Positions 17,007 to 29,806 of a DNA stretch of 64,000 nucleotides are shown in pieces (the first letter of the stretch is position 1; each line of letters opens with the position of its first letter). The DNA comes from Desulfobulbus sp. (lineage in GTDB: Bacteria; Desulfobacterota; Desulfobulbia; Desulfobulbales; Desulfobulbaceae). Location of the stretch: assembly GCA_050952385.1 (NCBI GenBank), contig JBMNKV010000001.1, forward strand, positions 1,378,877 through 1,442,876, read 5' to 3'. The notes beneath the pieces were generated by a model. That model did not search any database, was not told the origin of the DNA, and worked only from the letters and a program-made list of their open reading frames with translations. A program made the translations under genes and the position numbers.

Positions 17007-17022
17007 AGCAGGTTTCGTGCCA
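17007..17022 (-). promoter_or_regulatory. Sigma54 (RpoN) -24/-12 promoter upstream of the pilin operon
   Basis: The minus strand reads TTGGCACG-AAAC-CTGCT, against the consensus YTGGCACG-N4-TTGCW. GG-N10-GC spacing is correct. An AT-rich tract lies further upstream (about 17095-17130). Confidence 0.6.
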
Positions 17023-17245
17023 ATGAAAATTATTTTGCCCTTTCTCTAACCCCGCCATATGACAGGGAAAAAAACAGGGAAAAAGAAGCCGGCCCCGCCA
17101 GATTTCATTTATGTAATTAAATGGGAAGACGAACTTACCATTTCGTTCTTCAGGGCCCAAGCTGGCAGGCCGGGCAAGGCTGCATGCAGGCGCATCCCGC
17201 CGGAATTCCGCCCATTTTCCACCCAATCCCGCCTCGATCGCCTGC

Positions 17246-17848
17246 TCACGCATCCCGCTCCAGCATCATCACCCCATAGGTGGCGCGCAGGTTGGCGGCC
17301 AGGTGGACAATGCGGCCGTGGGCGCCGTGGTGGGGCACGTCGATGGCCGCCTCCTTCACCGTGCGCATGCCGGAGGCATAGAGGAAGCGCTTGAAATCCT
17401 TGATGGAAATGATGCGGATATTGGGCGTGTCGTACCACTGATAGGGCAACTGGTCGGTGATGGGCGCGCGCCCGGTCACCAGCACCTGCAACCGGGCCTT
17501 CCAGTGACTGAAATTGGGGAAGCTGACAATCACCCGGCGGCTGATCCGCAACAGATCGACCAGGAGTTGTTGCGGGTCGTAAATCTGTTGCAGGGTCTGG
17601 CTGAGAATCACCACATCAAAACAGTGATCCGGATAGTCGAGCACCTCGAAACGAAAGTCGCCCTGGAGCACGGTCAGGCCCCGGGCAATGCACTGCACCA
17701 CCTTGGTTTCGGCCTGCTCGATGCCGGTGCCCCGGATCTGTTTTTCAGCCTGCAGATAGGCCAGCAGATCGCCGTTGCCGCAGCCCAGGTCCAGCACCCG
17801 CCAGCCCGGCTCGATCCACGAGGCAATGATCTTCAGGTCAAAACGCAT
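17246..17848 (-). CDS. metW: Methionine biosynthesis protein MetW
   Basis: MRFDLKIIASWIEPGWRVLDLGCGNGDLL... is the MetW pattern. Lies directly downstream of metX. Confidence 0.85.
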   Translation of the reverse strand: MRFDLKIIASWIEPGWRVLDLGCGNGDLLAYLQAEKQIRGTGIEQAETKVVQCIARGLTVLQGDFRFEVLDYPDHCFDVVILSQTLQQIYDPQQLLVDLLRISRRVIVSFPNFSHWKARLQVLVTGRAPITDQLPYQWYDTPNIRIISIKDFKRFLYASGMRTVKEAAIDVPHHGAHGRIVHLAANLRATYGVMMLERDA

Positions 17849-17864
17849 GGTTTCCGGATGCGCG

Positions 17865-19037
17865 CTAGTGGGCATGGGAGATCCGGTCAAGAAAGCCTCT
17901 GACCAGGCCGTCGAGCCGGTCATTGGGCAGAAGAAAGGCGTCGTGGCCCCAGCGGGCCTCGATCTCGCAGAAACTGATGTCGCAGCCGTTTTTTTTCAGG
18001 GCCGAGACAATATGTCTGGACTGATAGGTGGGGTAGAGCCAGTCCGAGGTAAAGGAAATCACGAGGAAACGGATACCGGCCAGCGCCTCGTTGACCAGCA
18101 GGTTGCCGCCCTTTCGTTCCAGGTCGAAGTAATCGGCGGCCTTGGTGATATAGAGCAGCGAGTTGGCGTCGAACCGGTCGACGAACTTCCGCCCCTGGTG
18201 GTGCAGGTAACTCTCGACCTGAAAATCTCCGGTAAAATCGAAGGACAGCGCGTCCCGGTGCAGGTGGCGGCCAAACTTCTCGCGCATGGACTCGTCGGAA
18301 AGATAGGTGACATGGCCGATCATCCGGGCCACGGCCAGGCCGTGGGCCGGGCCGGGCTGGTCATAGTAGTCGCCGTTGTTCCAGGCAGGGTCCGCCATGA
18401 TCGCCTGCCGGGCCACCTCGTTGAAGGCAATGGCCTGGGCCGAGTGGCGCGAGGTGGTGGCCAGGGGCACGGCGGAAACCACCATCTCCGGATAGTCGAC
18501 GCACCAGCGCAGCACCTGCATGCCGCCCACCGAACCGCCGATCAGCGAGAGCAGACGGGGAATGCCCAGATGATGGCGAACCAGCTCGCGCTGGGCCTGC
18601 ACCATGTCGCGAATGGTGACCATCGGAAAGGTTGTGCCGTAGGGTTTGCCGGTGGCCGGGTTGATCGACGAGGGCCCGGTGGAACCGGCACAGCCGCCCA
18701 GGATATTGGAGCAGATGACAAAGTACCGGTTGGTATCCACGGCCTTGCCCGGCCCGACCATGTTGTCCCACCAGCCGGGCCGGGTGTCGCTCTCGTGCAG
18801 GTACCCGGCCACGTGCGAGTCCCCGGAACAGGCATGGAGGATGAGGATGGCGTTGGAGCGGTCGGCATTGAGTTCGCCCAAGGTCTCGTAGGCCAGGGTG
18901 ATCGGCCCCAGGGAGGCCCCGCATTCCAGTTGCATGGCGTCGGGCGGTTCGGCAAAGGTGAAGTACCGGCGCTCCACCAGCAGGCGGGGCGTGGTGGTGG
19001 GGGCTGCGCTGTCCATATCGAGGCCGCTTTTATTCAA
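17865..19037 (-). CDS. metX: Homoserine O-acetyltransferase
   Basis: MetX pattern LECGASLGPITLAYETLGELNADRSNAILILHACSGDSHVAGY and nucleophile elbow GGSVGGMQ. Confidence 0.9.
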   Translation of the reverse strand: MNKSGLDMDSAAPTTTPRLLVERRYFTFAEPPDAMQLECGASLGPITLAYETLGELNADRSNAILILHACSGDSHVAGYLHESDTRPGWWDNMVGPGKAVDTNRYFVICSNILGGCAGSTGPSSINPATGKPYGTTFPMVTIRDMVQAQRELVRHHLGIPRLLSLIGGSVGGMQVLRWCVDYPEMVVSAVPLATTSRHSAQAIAFNEVARQAIMADPAWNNGDYYDQPGPAHGLAVARMIGHVTYLSDESMREKFGRHLHRDALSFDFTGDFQVESYLHHQGRKFVDRFDANSLLYITKAADYFDLERKGGNLLVNEALAGIRFLVISFTSDWLYPTYQSRHIVSALKKNGCDISFCEIEARWGHDAFLLPNDRLDGLVRGFLDRISHAH

Positions 19038-19063
19038 AACGCTGTGAAACGCGCGGCTGCCTG

Positions 19064-20749
<1,686 letters not shown>

Positions 20750-21025
20750 GTTCCCTTCCTGATCTGCCTGATCTGCCTGATTAAGGGGGGACGGAGGCCA
20801 GGGGCTACCGGGCCGACCGCCGGACTCGACACGTTCGGCCATCTTACCCGCAAGCGGGCAAACAGGCAATGACTCGACAGCAACAGGCGGGTGTCCGTGC
20901 GTTTTCTCCTTGCAATCCGACCAATTCCCGGATTTGCTGGAACCTTCACCGGCCGCGGCTCAAGTCTGCCGACTCCGCCGAGTCCGCGGCCAGATACAGC
21001 CCCTTTCTTTCTGCGGAGGAAAACC

Positions 21026-21541
21026 ATGCGTATCGCACAGTGTATCGCCAGCGCCGCGATTGCGGCCCTGCTTGCGGGATGCGGCATCAAGGAAGGTGTC
21101 CGGGATCTGGTGGGTCTGGACGACACAACCGCCTACAGCGGGCCTGTTTATCCGGCCACCCACACCACGGAGGTCGCCTTTCAGCCCGCCCAGGTCGACA
21201 GCGCCTGCCGGGTCTTTGCCCAGGCCCTGGCCTTCCTGCCGTCCGGACTGTCCGGACAGGAGGTCGCAACCACCCTTCTTGCCGAAGCCGGTCAGCGCGG
21301 CGCGGACGGGATTTTGGTTGGACGTGCCAGAGTGGGGGAGGGCAAGTCGACCCGCTTCATGTACTTCGGCCCGGTCTATCCCTACCTGTGCACCGAACAG
21401 TGCGGCAGCTGGAAATTCGGGTACGAAATCTGGGAGAAACAGGGCCCATGGATTCCCCTGGGCTACGGCGAATGGGGCAATGCCCAGAGCCGCTTCGATA
21501 CACCGCTGACCATCCAGCTGCTGCTGCTGCGCTGTCAATGA
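21026..21541 (+). CDS. Hypothetical lipoprotein
   Basis: GGAGGA lies upstream of the ATG at 21026. Lipobox LLAGC in MRIAQCIASAAIAALLAGCG. Confidence 0.6.
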   Translation: MRIAQCIASAAIAALLAGCGIKEGVRDLVGLDDTTAYSGPVYPATHTTEVAFQPAQVDSACRVFAQALAFLPSGLSGQEVATTLLAEAGQRGADGILVGRARVGEGKSTRFMYFGPVYPYLCTEQCGSWKFGYEIWEKQGPWIPLGYGEWGNAQSRFDTPLTIQLLLLRCQ

Positions 21542-21647
21542 ACTGTCAGTGAACTGTCAGTAAATTGGCGCGTCCGAAGGTTCGGGCCGCATTCGTCATA
21601 AATATCCATCATAAACGTCCGGTTTGACCGGACACAGGGAGGTTGCC

Positions 21648-21959
21648 ATGCATGTGATTCTTGATCTTTGTCTTGTGCCCCTGGGTGTGGGGGTTTCGGT
21701 CTCGCAGTACGTTGCCGAGTGCCACCGGGTTCTGGAAGAGGCGGGTCTGTCTTCCAGACTGCACGCCTACGGCACCAACATCGAAGGCGAGTGGGACGAG
21801 GTCATGGCCGCGGTCAAGCGCTGCCATGAACGGGTGCACGAGATGGGCGCACCGCGCATCACCACCACCATCAAGCTGGGCACCCGCACCGACCGCGAGC
21901 AACGCATGGCAGACAAGATCGACAGTGTCGAAAAAAAGGTGGGCGCCCGCCTGAGCTAG
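21648..21959 (+). CDS. MTH1187/YkoF-like (DUF77) thiamine-binding family protein
   Basis: MHVILDLCLVPLGVGVSVSQYVA...HAYGTNIEGEWDEVM...RITTTIKLGTRTDREQ matches the family pattern. Confidence 0.75.
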   Translation: MHVILDLCLVPLGVGVSVSQYVAECHRVLEEAGLSSRLHAYGTNIEGEWDEVMAAVKRCHERVHEMGAPRITTTIKLGTRTDREQRMADKIDSVEKKVGARLS

Positions 21960-21987
21960 GCGCGCTTTCCCGCACCCCGGTCATCCC

Positions 21988-22989
21988 ATGCAGATTCGTC
22001 TCGAAGCGCCCCTTGACATGCACCTGCACCTGCGCGAGCAGGAGATGCTGCGCCTGGTGGCCCCGTTCAGCGCGGCCCAGTTCGCCGGTGCGGTCATCAT
22101 GCCCAACCTGATCCAGCCGGTGGACAGTCTGGAGCGGCTGCGCCGCTACCGCGCCGACATTGCCGAGGCCTGCGCTCCAGCGAACTTCACCCCGTACATG
22201 ACCCTCTTTTTCCGTGCCTACAGCCGCGAGGAGCTTTTGGCGGCGCGGCCGGAAATCATCGGCATCAAGCTCTATCCAGCCGGCATCACCACCCAAAGCG
22301 AAGCCGGCGTGCGGGATTTCGACCGGATAGAGCCCACACTGGCCCTGCTCGAGGAGCTGGACATTCCCCTGCTGGTCCACGGCGAAACAAACGGTTTTGT
22401 CATGGAGCGGGAGCGCGAATTTCTGCCGCTCTACTGCCGCATGGCCACTAGCTTTCCCCGGCTGCGTCTGGTGATGGAACATATCACCACCGCCGAAACC
22501 CTGGAGGTGCTCGACGCCTACCCCAATGTGGCGGCCACCGTGACCCTGCACCATCTGCTCATTACCCTAGATGACGTTGCCGGCGGCCTGCTCCGGCCCG
22601 ATCTGTTCTGCAAGCCCATTGCCAAGACCCCCCGCGACAGGGAGGCCCTGCGCCGGGCCGTGCTCACCGGTCATCCACGCCTGTTCTTCGGTTCGGACTC
22701 GGCCCCGCATCCGCGCCATAAAAAGGAGTGCTATGGGTGTGCGGCCGGCGTCTTCTCGGCGCCGGTGGCCCTGCCCGCCCTGGCGCAACTGTTCGAGGAG
22801 GCCGGCTGCCTGGAGCGGCTGCCCGGTTTTGTCTCCGCCCATGCCCGTCGCTTTTACCGCCTCACTCCGCCCGCCCGGGCCACGCGCCTGACCCCTCATC
22901 CCTGGAGGGTTCCGGAAGACTATGCGGGTATCCGCCCTTTCCTGACCGGAACCACCCTGCGCTGGCAGGTTGAAAAGGGCAATGATTGA
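21988..22989 (+). CDS. pyrC: Dihydroorotase (homodimeric, E. coli-type)
   Basis: DMHLHLRE metal-binding start, IMPNL, KLYPAG, LLVHGE and FFGSDSAPH blocks. Confidence 0.9.
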   Translation: MQIRLEAPLDMHLHLREQEMLRLVAPFSAAQFAGAVIMPNLIQPVDSLERLRRYRADIAEACAPANFTPYMTLFFRAYSREELLAARPEIIGIKLYPAGITTQSEAGVRDFDRIEPTLALLEELDIPLLVHGETNGFVMEREREFLPLYCRMATSFPRLRLVMEHITTAETLEVLDAYPNVAATVTLHHLLITLDDVAGGLLRPDLFCKPIAKTPRDREALRRAVLTGHPRLFFGSDSAPHPRHKKECYGCAAGVFSAPVALPALAQLFEEAGCLERLPGFVSAHARRFYRLTPPARATRLTPHPWRVPEDYAGIRPFLTGTTLRWQVEKGND

Positions 22990-23225
22990 ACCAACTATAT
23001 TTGCCCTCGCGCCCCGGAAATGCTAACCTAAGATGTTCCCTTGTTGCAATCGAAGCAGTCCGGGCCGGATGATCTTCCATTGGAGCAGGCCGAATTCCAG
23101 CCGCATGCGCTGACACCTCGCCTCCACCATCCCGTACCTGCCAACCGCTTTGCATTGCACCATCACCCCTTACCGCCCTGTCCCAACCGGCAGGTTCAAC
23201 CATTTATCCTGGAGGATACGCCACC

Positions 23226-24848
23226 ATGGCCCGGTCCTACCCCGCGGTCTTTGTCCGCAACTTTCTCGGCAATACGCCGAACTGGTACAAGGCAACCATT
23301 CTGCTCTTTCTGGTCGCCAATCCCCTGCTGCTGCACTACTGCGGCCCGTTTGTCGCCGGCTGGGTCCTGATCGGCGAATTCATCTTCACCCTGGCCATGG
23401 CCCTGAAGTGCTACCCGCTGCCTGCCGGCGGCCTGCTGGCCATCGAGGCCGCGTTCATCGGCATGACCTCGGCCGAGACGATCTATGACGAAACCCTGAA
23501 CAATTTCGATGTCATCCTGCTGCTGATGTTCATGGTCGCGGGCATCTATTTCATGAAGGATTTCCTCAGCTTCACCTTCACCCGCATCCTGGTTCGGGTC
23601 CAGTCCAAAATCCGGCTCTCCCTGCTGTTCTGCGGTATGGCCGCCTTTCTTTCCGCCTTTCTCGACGCCCTCACCGTCACAGCGGTGATCATTGCCGTGG
23701 CCTATGGCTTCTACAACCTCTATCACCGCTATATCTCCGGAGCGGCCGGCCACGGCACCCATGACCTGAAGAGCGACCTGGCGCTCAAGGAAACCGAGCA
23801 GGCCGAACTCAGGGAGTTCAGGGGTTTTCTCCGCAACCTGATGATGCACGGGGCCGTGGGCACCGCGCTCGGCGGGGTGTGCACCCTGGTGGGCGAACCG
23901 CAGAACCTGCTGATCGGCAACCTGGCGGGCTGGCACTTCATGGACTTTTTCCGGAACGTCGCCCCGGTTTCCCTGCCCGTACTGGCAGTGGGTCTGGCCA
24001 CCTGCTACATGGTGGAGAAAAAGAAATGGTTCACCTACGGCAAGCAGCTACCCGGCAACATCCGTTCCCATCTCATGGAAACAGCCGCCAAGGAAGACGC
24101 GAGGCGCAGCCAGGCCGAAAAAATGAAACTGGTGACCCAAGCGCTTGCCGGTCTCTGGCTGATCATTGCCCTGGCCTTTCACCTGGCCGCGGTCGGCCTG
24201 ATCGGGCTTTCGGTGATCATCCTGCTGACCGCCTGCAACGGCATCACCAGCGAGGGCCAGATCGGCCACGCCTTCGAGGAGGCCCTGCCCTTCACCGCGC
24301 TGCTGGTGGTCTTCTTCGCCATTGTCGCGGTCATCCACGACCAGCACCTGTTCAAGCCCGTCATCAACTATGTACTCGCCCTTCAGGGCCAGACGCAGCT
24401 GGCCGCCTACTACATCGCCAACGGCCTGCTCTCCGCCATCTCGGACAACGTCTTCGTCGCCACGGTCTATGTCTCCGAAACCAAGGCGCATTTCGTCCAG
24501 ATGATGAACGCGATTCCGGATATCGGCATGAGTGGGCAGGAACTGCTGGACAAGCTGACCGATACCCGTCTTGACCGGGCGGAAGTGCTGGCGACCCTGC
24601 CCCCGGCGGCCGCGTCCCAGGCTGGCGCGCTGGTCCACCACTTCGACAAACTGGCGGTGGCGATCAACGTGGGCACCAATATCCCCAGCGTGGCGACCCC
24701 CAACGGTCAGGCAGCGTTTCTCTTTCTGCTGACCTCGGCCCTGGCCCCGGTTATCCGTCTTTCCTACGGCCGGATGGTGCTCCTGGCCCTGCCCTACACC
24801 ATCACCATGTCGCTTACCGGTCTGCTGGCCACATTCCTGTTCCTGTAA
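23226..24848 (+). CDS. nhaB: Na+/H+ antiporter NhaB
   Basis: NhaB-typical N-terminus [23 protein letters not shown] and a polytopic body of about 540 aa. Confidence 0.85.
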   Translation: MARSYPAVFVRNFLGNTPNWYKATILLFLVANPLLLHYCGPFVAGWVLIGEFIFTLAMALKCYPLPAGGLLAIEAAFIGMTSAETIYDETLNNFDVILLLMFMVAGIYFMKDFLSFTFTRILVRVQSKIRLSLLFCGMAAFLSAFLDALTVTAVIIAVAYGFYNLYHRYISGAAGHGTHDLKSDLALKETEQAELREFRGFLRNLMMHGAVGTALGGVCTLVGEPQNLLIGNLAGWHFMDFFRNVAPVSLPVLAVGLATCYMVEKKKWFTYGKQLPGNIRSHLMETAAKEDARRSQAEKMKLVTQALAGLWLIIALAFHLAAVGLIGLSVIILLTACNGITSEGQIGHAFEEALPFTALLVVFFAIVAVIHDQHLFKPVINYVLALQGQTQLAAYYIANGLLSAISDNVFVATVYVSETKAHFVQMMNAIPDIGMSGQELLDKLTDTRLDRAEVLATLPPAAASQAGALVHHFDKLAVAINVGTNIPSVATPNGQAAFLFLLTSALAPVIRLSYGRMVLLALPYTITMSLTGLLATFLFL

Positions 24849-25674
24849 GCACAGGCTCGTCCCCGGCGGGCGGGCTGGGAGCGGCTGCCGCCTCACCCGT
24901 CCCGCCGACCGCAAGCAGCGGCCCGACCCGCCACTGACTGGCCAGCTCCACCCGCAGCCCCGCCGGAGACGTCAGTCCCCGGCGGATTTCACGGCTCACC
25001 AGTTCAGGCCGGTTATTGACCTCACTGAGATGCGCGAACACCAGGCAGCGCAGGCGGTCGCGAACCAGCGCATCAGCCAGCTCCACGGAATCGGGATTGG
25101 CGAGATGGCCATGGCTGGACAGCACCCGTCGTTTGAGTTCCGGCGGATAGGGCCCGTTTCGCAGCAGCTGCACGTCGTGATTGGCCTCCAGAACCAGGGC
25201 CTGGCAGCGTTGCAGGTGGTGGCGGATAACCCGGGTGATCCGACCGGTATCGGTGCAGTGGCCCAGAGAGAGTTCGCCGTCGCTCACCACGAAACCGACC
25301 GGGTCGGCGGCGTCGTGGACCACGGCAAAAGGATGCAGCATAAGCCCGTTGATGGCAAACGGCTCGCCGGTCCCGAATTCGCGGTGCTCCGGAATCCTTC
25401 CCAGCGAGCCTTCCGCGCCGCGATAGGTGCCGGCATTAGCATAGATCGGGAGCTTGAGTCGCCGGGCCAGCACCCCCGCGCCCCTGACATGGTCGGTATG
25501 TTCATGGGTGAGGACCAGGGCGGTCAGGCTCTCCGCAGCAATCCCCAGGCTCTTCAGGCGACTGACCAACTCTTTTCCCGAGAAACCGTTGTCGATCAGG
25601 ATCCGGGCCGACTCCGAGACCACCAGGGTGGCGTTGCCCTTGCTGCCGCTGCCGAGAACGGAGAACCGGATCAT
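24814..25674 (-). CDS. MBL-fold metallo-hydrolase (YycJ/WalJ-like)
   Basis: HEHTDH motif in [18 protein letters not shown]...[13 protein letters not shown]. The start overlaps the dut stop (ATGA). Confidence 0.8.
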   Translation of the reverse strand: MIRFSVLGSGSKGNATLVVSESARILIDNGFSGKELVSRLKSLGIAAESLTALVLTHEHTDHVRGAGVLARRLKLPIYANAGTYRGAEGSLGRIPEHREFGTGEPFAINGLMLHPFAVVHDAADPVGFVVSDGELSLGHCTDTGRITRVIRHHLQRCQALVLEANHDVQLLRNGPYPPELKRRVLSSHGHLANPDSVELADALVRDRLRCLVFAHLSEVNNRPELVSREIRRGLTSPAGLRVELASQWRVGPLLAVGGTGEAAAAPSPPAGDEPVLTGTGMWPADR

Positions 25675-26156
25675 CGCCTTTCCCCTTCCCCAAGCGCGGC
25701 CAGGCCGGTATGACCGAAGCCGCCTGCGCCGCGAACCGTTTCCGGCAGGGTATCGGTGCGCTGCCAGCGCGCCCTGACCACCGGGGCCAAAACCAACTGG
25801 GCGATGCGGTCACCCCGCTGGATCGTGAACGGTTCGCGCCCCAGGTTGACCAGGGCGATCTTGACCTCGCCCCGGTAATCCGCATCAATGGTGCCCGGCG
25901 CGTTGATCACGGTCACCCCATGCCGCACCGCCAGACCGGAACGCGGCCGAACCTGCAACTCATAGCCCGGAGGCAGGGCGACCGCAAGGCCGGAGGGAAC
26001 CAGCACGATCGCCCCCGGCTCCAGGACCAGCGGTTCCGGGTTCGCGGCGCAAATATCCATGCCCGCGGCCAGCTCCGTCGCATAGGCGGGCAGCGGCAGA
26101 TCCCCGTTCTTCTCCGGGTCGAGCCAGGTACACGCCACCTCAACAGCTCTGTTCAT
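25671..26156 (-). CDS. dut: dUTP diphosphatase
   Basis: [23 protein letters not shown] and GGFGHTG motifs. Internal ATG (MNRAVEV) chosen. Confidence 0.9.
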   Translation of the reverse strand: MNRAVEVACTWLDPEKNGDLPLPAYATELAAGMDICAANPEPLVLEPGAIVLVPSGLAVALPPGYELQVRPRSGLAVRHGVTVINAPGTIDADYRGEVKIALVNLGREPFTIQRGDRIAQLVLAPVVRARWQRTDTLPETVRGAGGFGHTGLAALGEGERR

Positions 26157-26250
26157 TGCTCCTCCTTCCTGATTGGCAAAACAAAGAGCCCCACGCCGCC
26201 ATCGGGCCTGCAATCGTGCCCGGCTCGATCCGGCTCGATGCGCGGCCAAA

Positions 26251-26288
26251 CAAAAAACCGGCTTCCGCTCGTGCGGCAACCGGTTTTT
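26251..26288 (-). terminator. Rho-independent terminator downstream of pnp
   Basis: The minus strand reads aaccgg-ttg-ccgc-acga-gcgg-aag-ccggtt followed by ttttgttt. An A-run on the other side makes it symmetric. Confidence 0.55.
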
Positions 26289-26314
26289 GGAACATCGATA
26301 AGACGGGCCGGGTT

Positions 26315-28399
<2,085 letters not shown>

Positions 28400-28473
28400 A
28401 ATGCTCCTGTTCCGGACACGATCCGGAAAGACGAAAGGATACGAAGGGCTGTCCGGTCGGGCCTGCACAAAGG

Positions 28474-28528
28474 CACAAAGGATGCACCAAGGAAGACCGA
28501 CAAACAGCCTTCCTTGCCATCCTTTGTG
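28474..28528 (-). promoter_or_regulatory. Long imperfect stem-loop in the pnp leader (candidate RNase III processing/autoregulation site)
   Basis: cacaaaggatg..aaggaag pairs with cttcctt..catcctttgtg, with an internal loop. It lies between rpsO and pnp, as in the E. coli rpsO-pnp arrangement. Confidence 0.4.
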
Positions 28529-28577
28529 TCTTTATGATGAACTCCGGCCACATCCAAACAGCCGCAACGCGGGGGAA

Positions 28578-28603
28578 GCGGACGGCGGGATTCCGCCGCC
28601 CGC
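28578..28603 (-). terminator. Hairpin immediately downstream of rpsO (partial terminator/attenuator)
   Basis: gcggacggcgg / ccgccgcccgc form an 11-bp stem with one mismatch and a 4-nt loop. There is no strong T-run. Confidence 0.4.
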
Positions 28604-28617
28604 GTGACTTGGCCTGA

Positions 28618-28887
28618 TTACTTCCGGATACCCAACTGCTGGATGAGTGTCCGATACTTGGTGATATCCTTCTTCTGCAAGTAGCGCAGCAGGTTGCGGC
28701 GCTGTCCAACCAGACGCAGCAGACCGCGCCGGGAGTGGTGATCCTTGGCGTGGGTTTTGAAATGTTCGGTCAGATACAAGATCCGTTCGGTCAGCAGGGC
28801 AATCTGCACCTCACAGGATCCGGTATCGGTTTCATGCGTCTTGAATTGCTCGATAATTTCCTTTTTCCGTTCCGTTGTCTGCGCCAC
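28618..28887 (-). CDS. rpsO: 30S ribosomal protein S15
   Basis: GTG start with AGGAGG upstream. (M)[35 protein letters not shown]...HHSRRGLL, 89 aa. Confidence 0.95.
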   Translation of the reverse strand: MAQTTERKKEIIEQFKTHETDTGSCEVQIALLTERILYLTEHFKTHAKDHHSRRGLLRLVGQRRNLLRYLQKKDITKYRTLIQQLGIRK

Positions 28888-29041
28888 GGCGCACCTCCTG
28901 AAAGTTCCTTCTGCTCCCGGGAAAGCAGTTCCCTCAGCCTTCCCGGAGTCTGGATACACTTGTTCCCCATCCCGGATCAGAGGGACGATCCGGGGGAACA
29001 CAACAACGCTCTATACTCGACGCCAAGCAACCCTGGCAAGA

Positions 29042-29806
29042 TCAAAGAGCCGCCGGATCGAGCAGGGCGAGCGTCTCGGTAATGCCGCGCCGGTATCGAA
29101 GCAACAGCTCCAGTCCCCGATCAGTCAACAGCTCCTCACCGGCAAGCGCCTCTTCCACCCGAAAGGGTCCGCTGGCGATGCGCCGCAGGCCGATCAGATG
29201 GGCGCCGCAGCCCAGGGACGCGCCGATATCCGCGGCCAGCACCCGCACATAGGTGCCCTTGCCGCAGGTCACGGTCAGGTCGAGCTGGTGGAGCTTGTCG
29301 TCATAGCCGTCGAACCGGATGGCCCCGATCTCGATTTCGCGGGCCTCCTTGCGGATATAAACGCCTTGCCGGGCATACGAGTACAGAGGACGCCCCTGAT
29401 GCTTGACTGCCGAATACGCGGGGGGAACCTGGAGCTGAGGGCCCTGGTGAGCGCGCAGCACCGCGCTGATTGCCGTCTCGTCCAGGGCAGGCACCGGAGC
29501 GGTTCGAACCACCGGACCTTCCGAATCCTGGGTCAGGGTTTCCACTCCGAGTTGCAGACGGGCCTGATAGACCTTGCGGCCGTCCATGAAGCGTTCGATG
29601 TGGCGGGTGGCGGGCCGCCCCGCGCAGACGATGAGCAGGCCCGTGGCAAAGGGATCGAGCGTGCCGGCATGACCGACCTTCCTGATCCGCAACAGCCAAC
29701 GGATTCGCCGGACCATGGCAAAGGAGGTGCGGCCGACCGGCTTGTCGACCAGAAAAACCCCCTCATCCCATCCCAAGGAACCGGCAACCGGGGCCCCGGC
29801 CGTCAT
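29042..29806 (-). CDS. truB: tRNA pseudouridine(55) synthase
   Basis: GVFLVDKPVGRTSF...KVGHAGTLDPFATGLL catalytic-Asp motif. The start overlaps the nrnA stop. Confidence 0.9.
   Translation of the reverse strand: MTAGAPVAGSLGWDEGVFLVDKPVGRTSFAMVRRIRWLLRIRKVGHAGTLDPFATGLLIVCAGRPATRHIERFMDGRKVYQARLQLGVETLTQDSEGPVVRTAPVPALDETAISAVLRAHQGPQLQVPPAYSAVKHQGRPLYSYARQGVYIRKEAREIEIGAIRFDGYDDKLHQLDLTVTCGKGTYVRVLAADIGASLGCGAHLIGLRRIASGPFRVEEALAGEELLTDRGLELLLRYRRGITETLALLDPAAL

Noticed and set aside
16625-17023. The N-terminal extension of ORF 16049..17023, which would translate the tandem repeats as part of the pilin
   Set aside because: The repeat periods (96 and 101 bp) shift the frame, so successive units give unrelated peptides. 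A strong AGGAGG plus ATG followed by a canonical signal peptide lies at 16624, so the repeats are non-coding.
7641-17245. Whether the pilus locus is a mobile genomic island
   Set aside because: I saw no integrase, transposase, flanking tRNA or flanking direct repeats, and no obvious compositional break by eye. It is accessory-looking, but there is no evidence of mobility in this window.
19038-19063. A possible SAM riboswitch or leader upstream of metX
   Set aside because: Only 26 nt separate the ettA stop from the metX start, so there is no room for a riboswitch. metX is probably co-transcribed with ettA.
20757-20782. Short tandem cctgatctg repeats in the ettA leader, and the 11-nt duplication gaactgtcagt x2 at about 21540-21563
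   Set aside because: There are only two to three copies of very short units, consistent with chance or replication slippage. No functional pattern is evident.
24814-24848. A 35-bp convergent overlap of the nhaB and MBL-hydrolase 3' ends
   Set aside because: Both stops are fixed by the sequence and the overlapping tails are low-complexity. This is probably a harmless overlap and was not pursued. A sequencing error cannot be excluded without reads.
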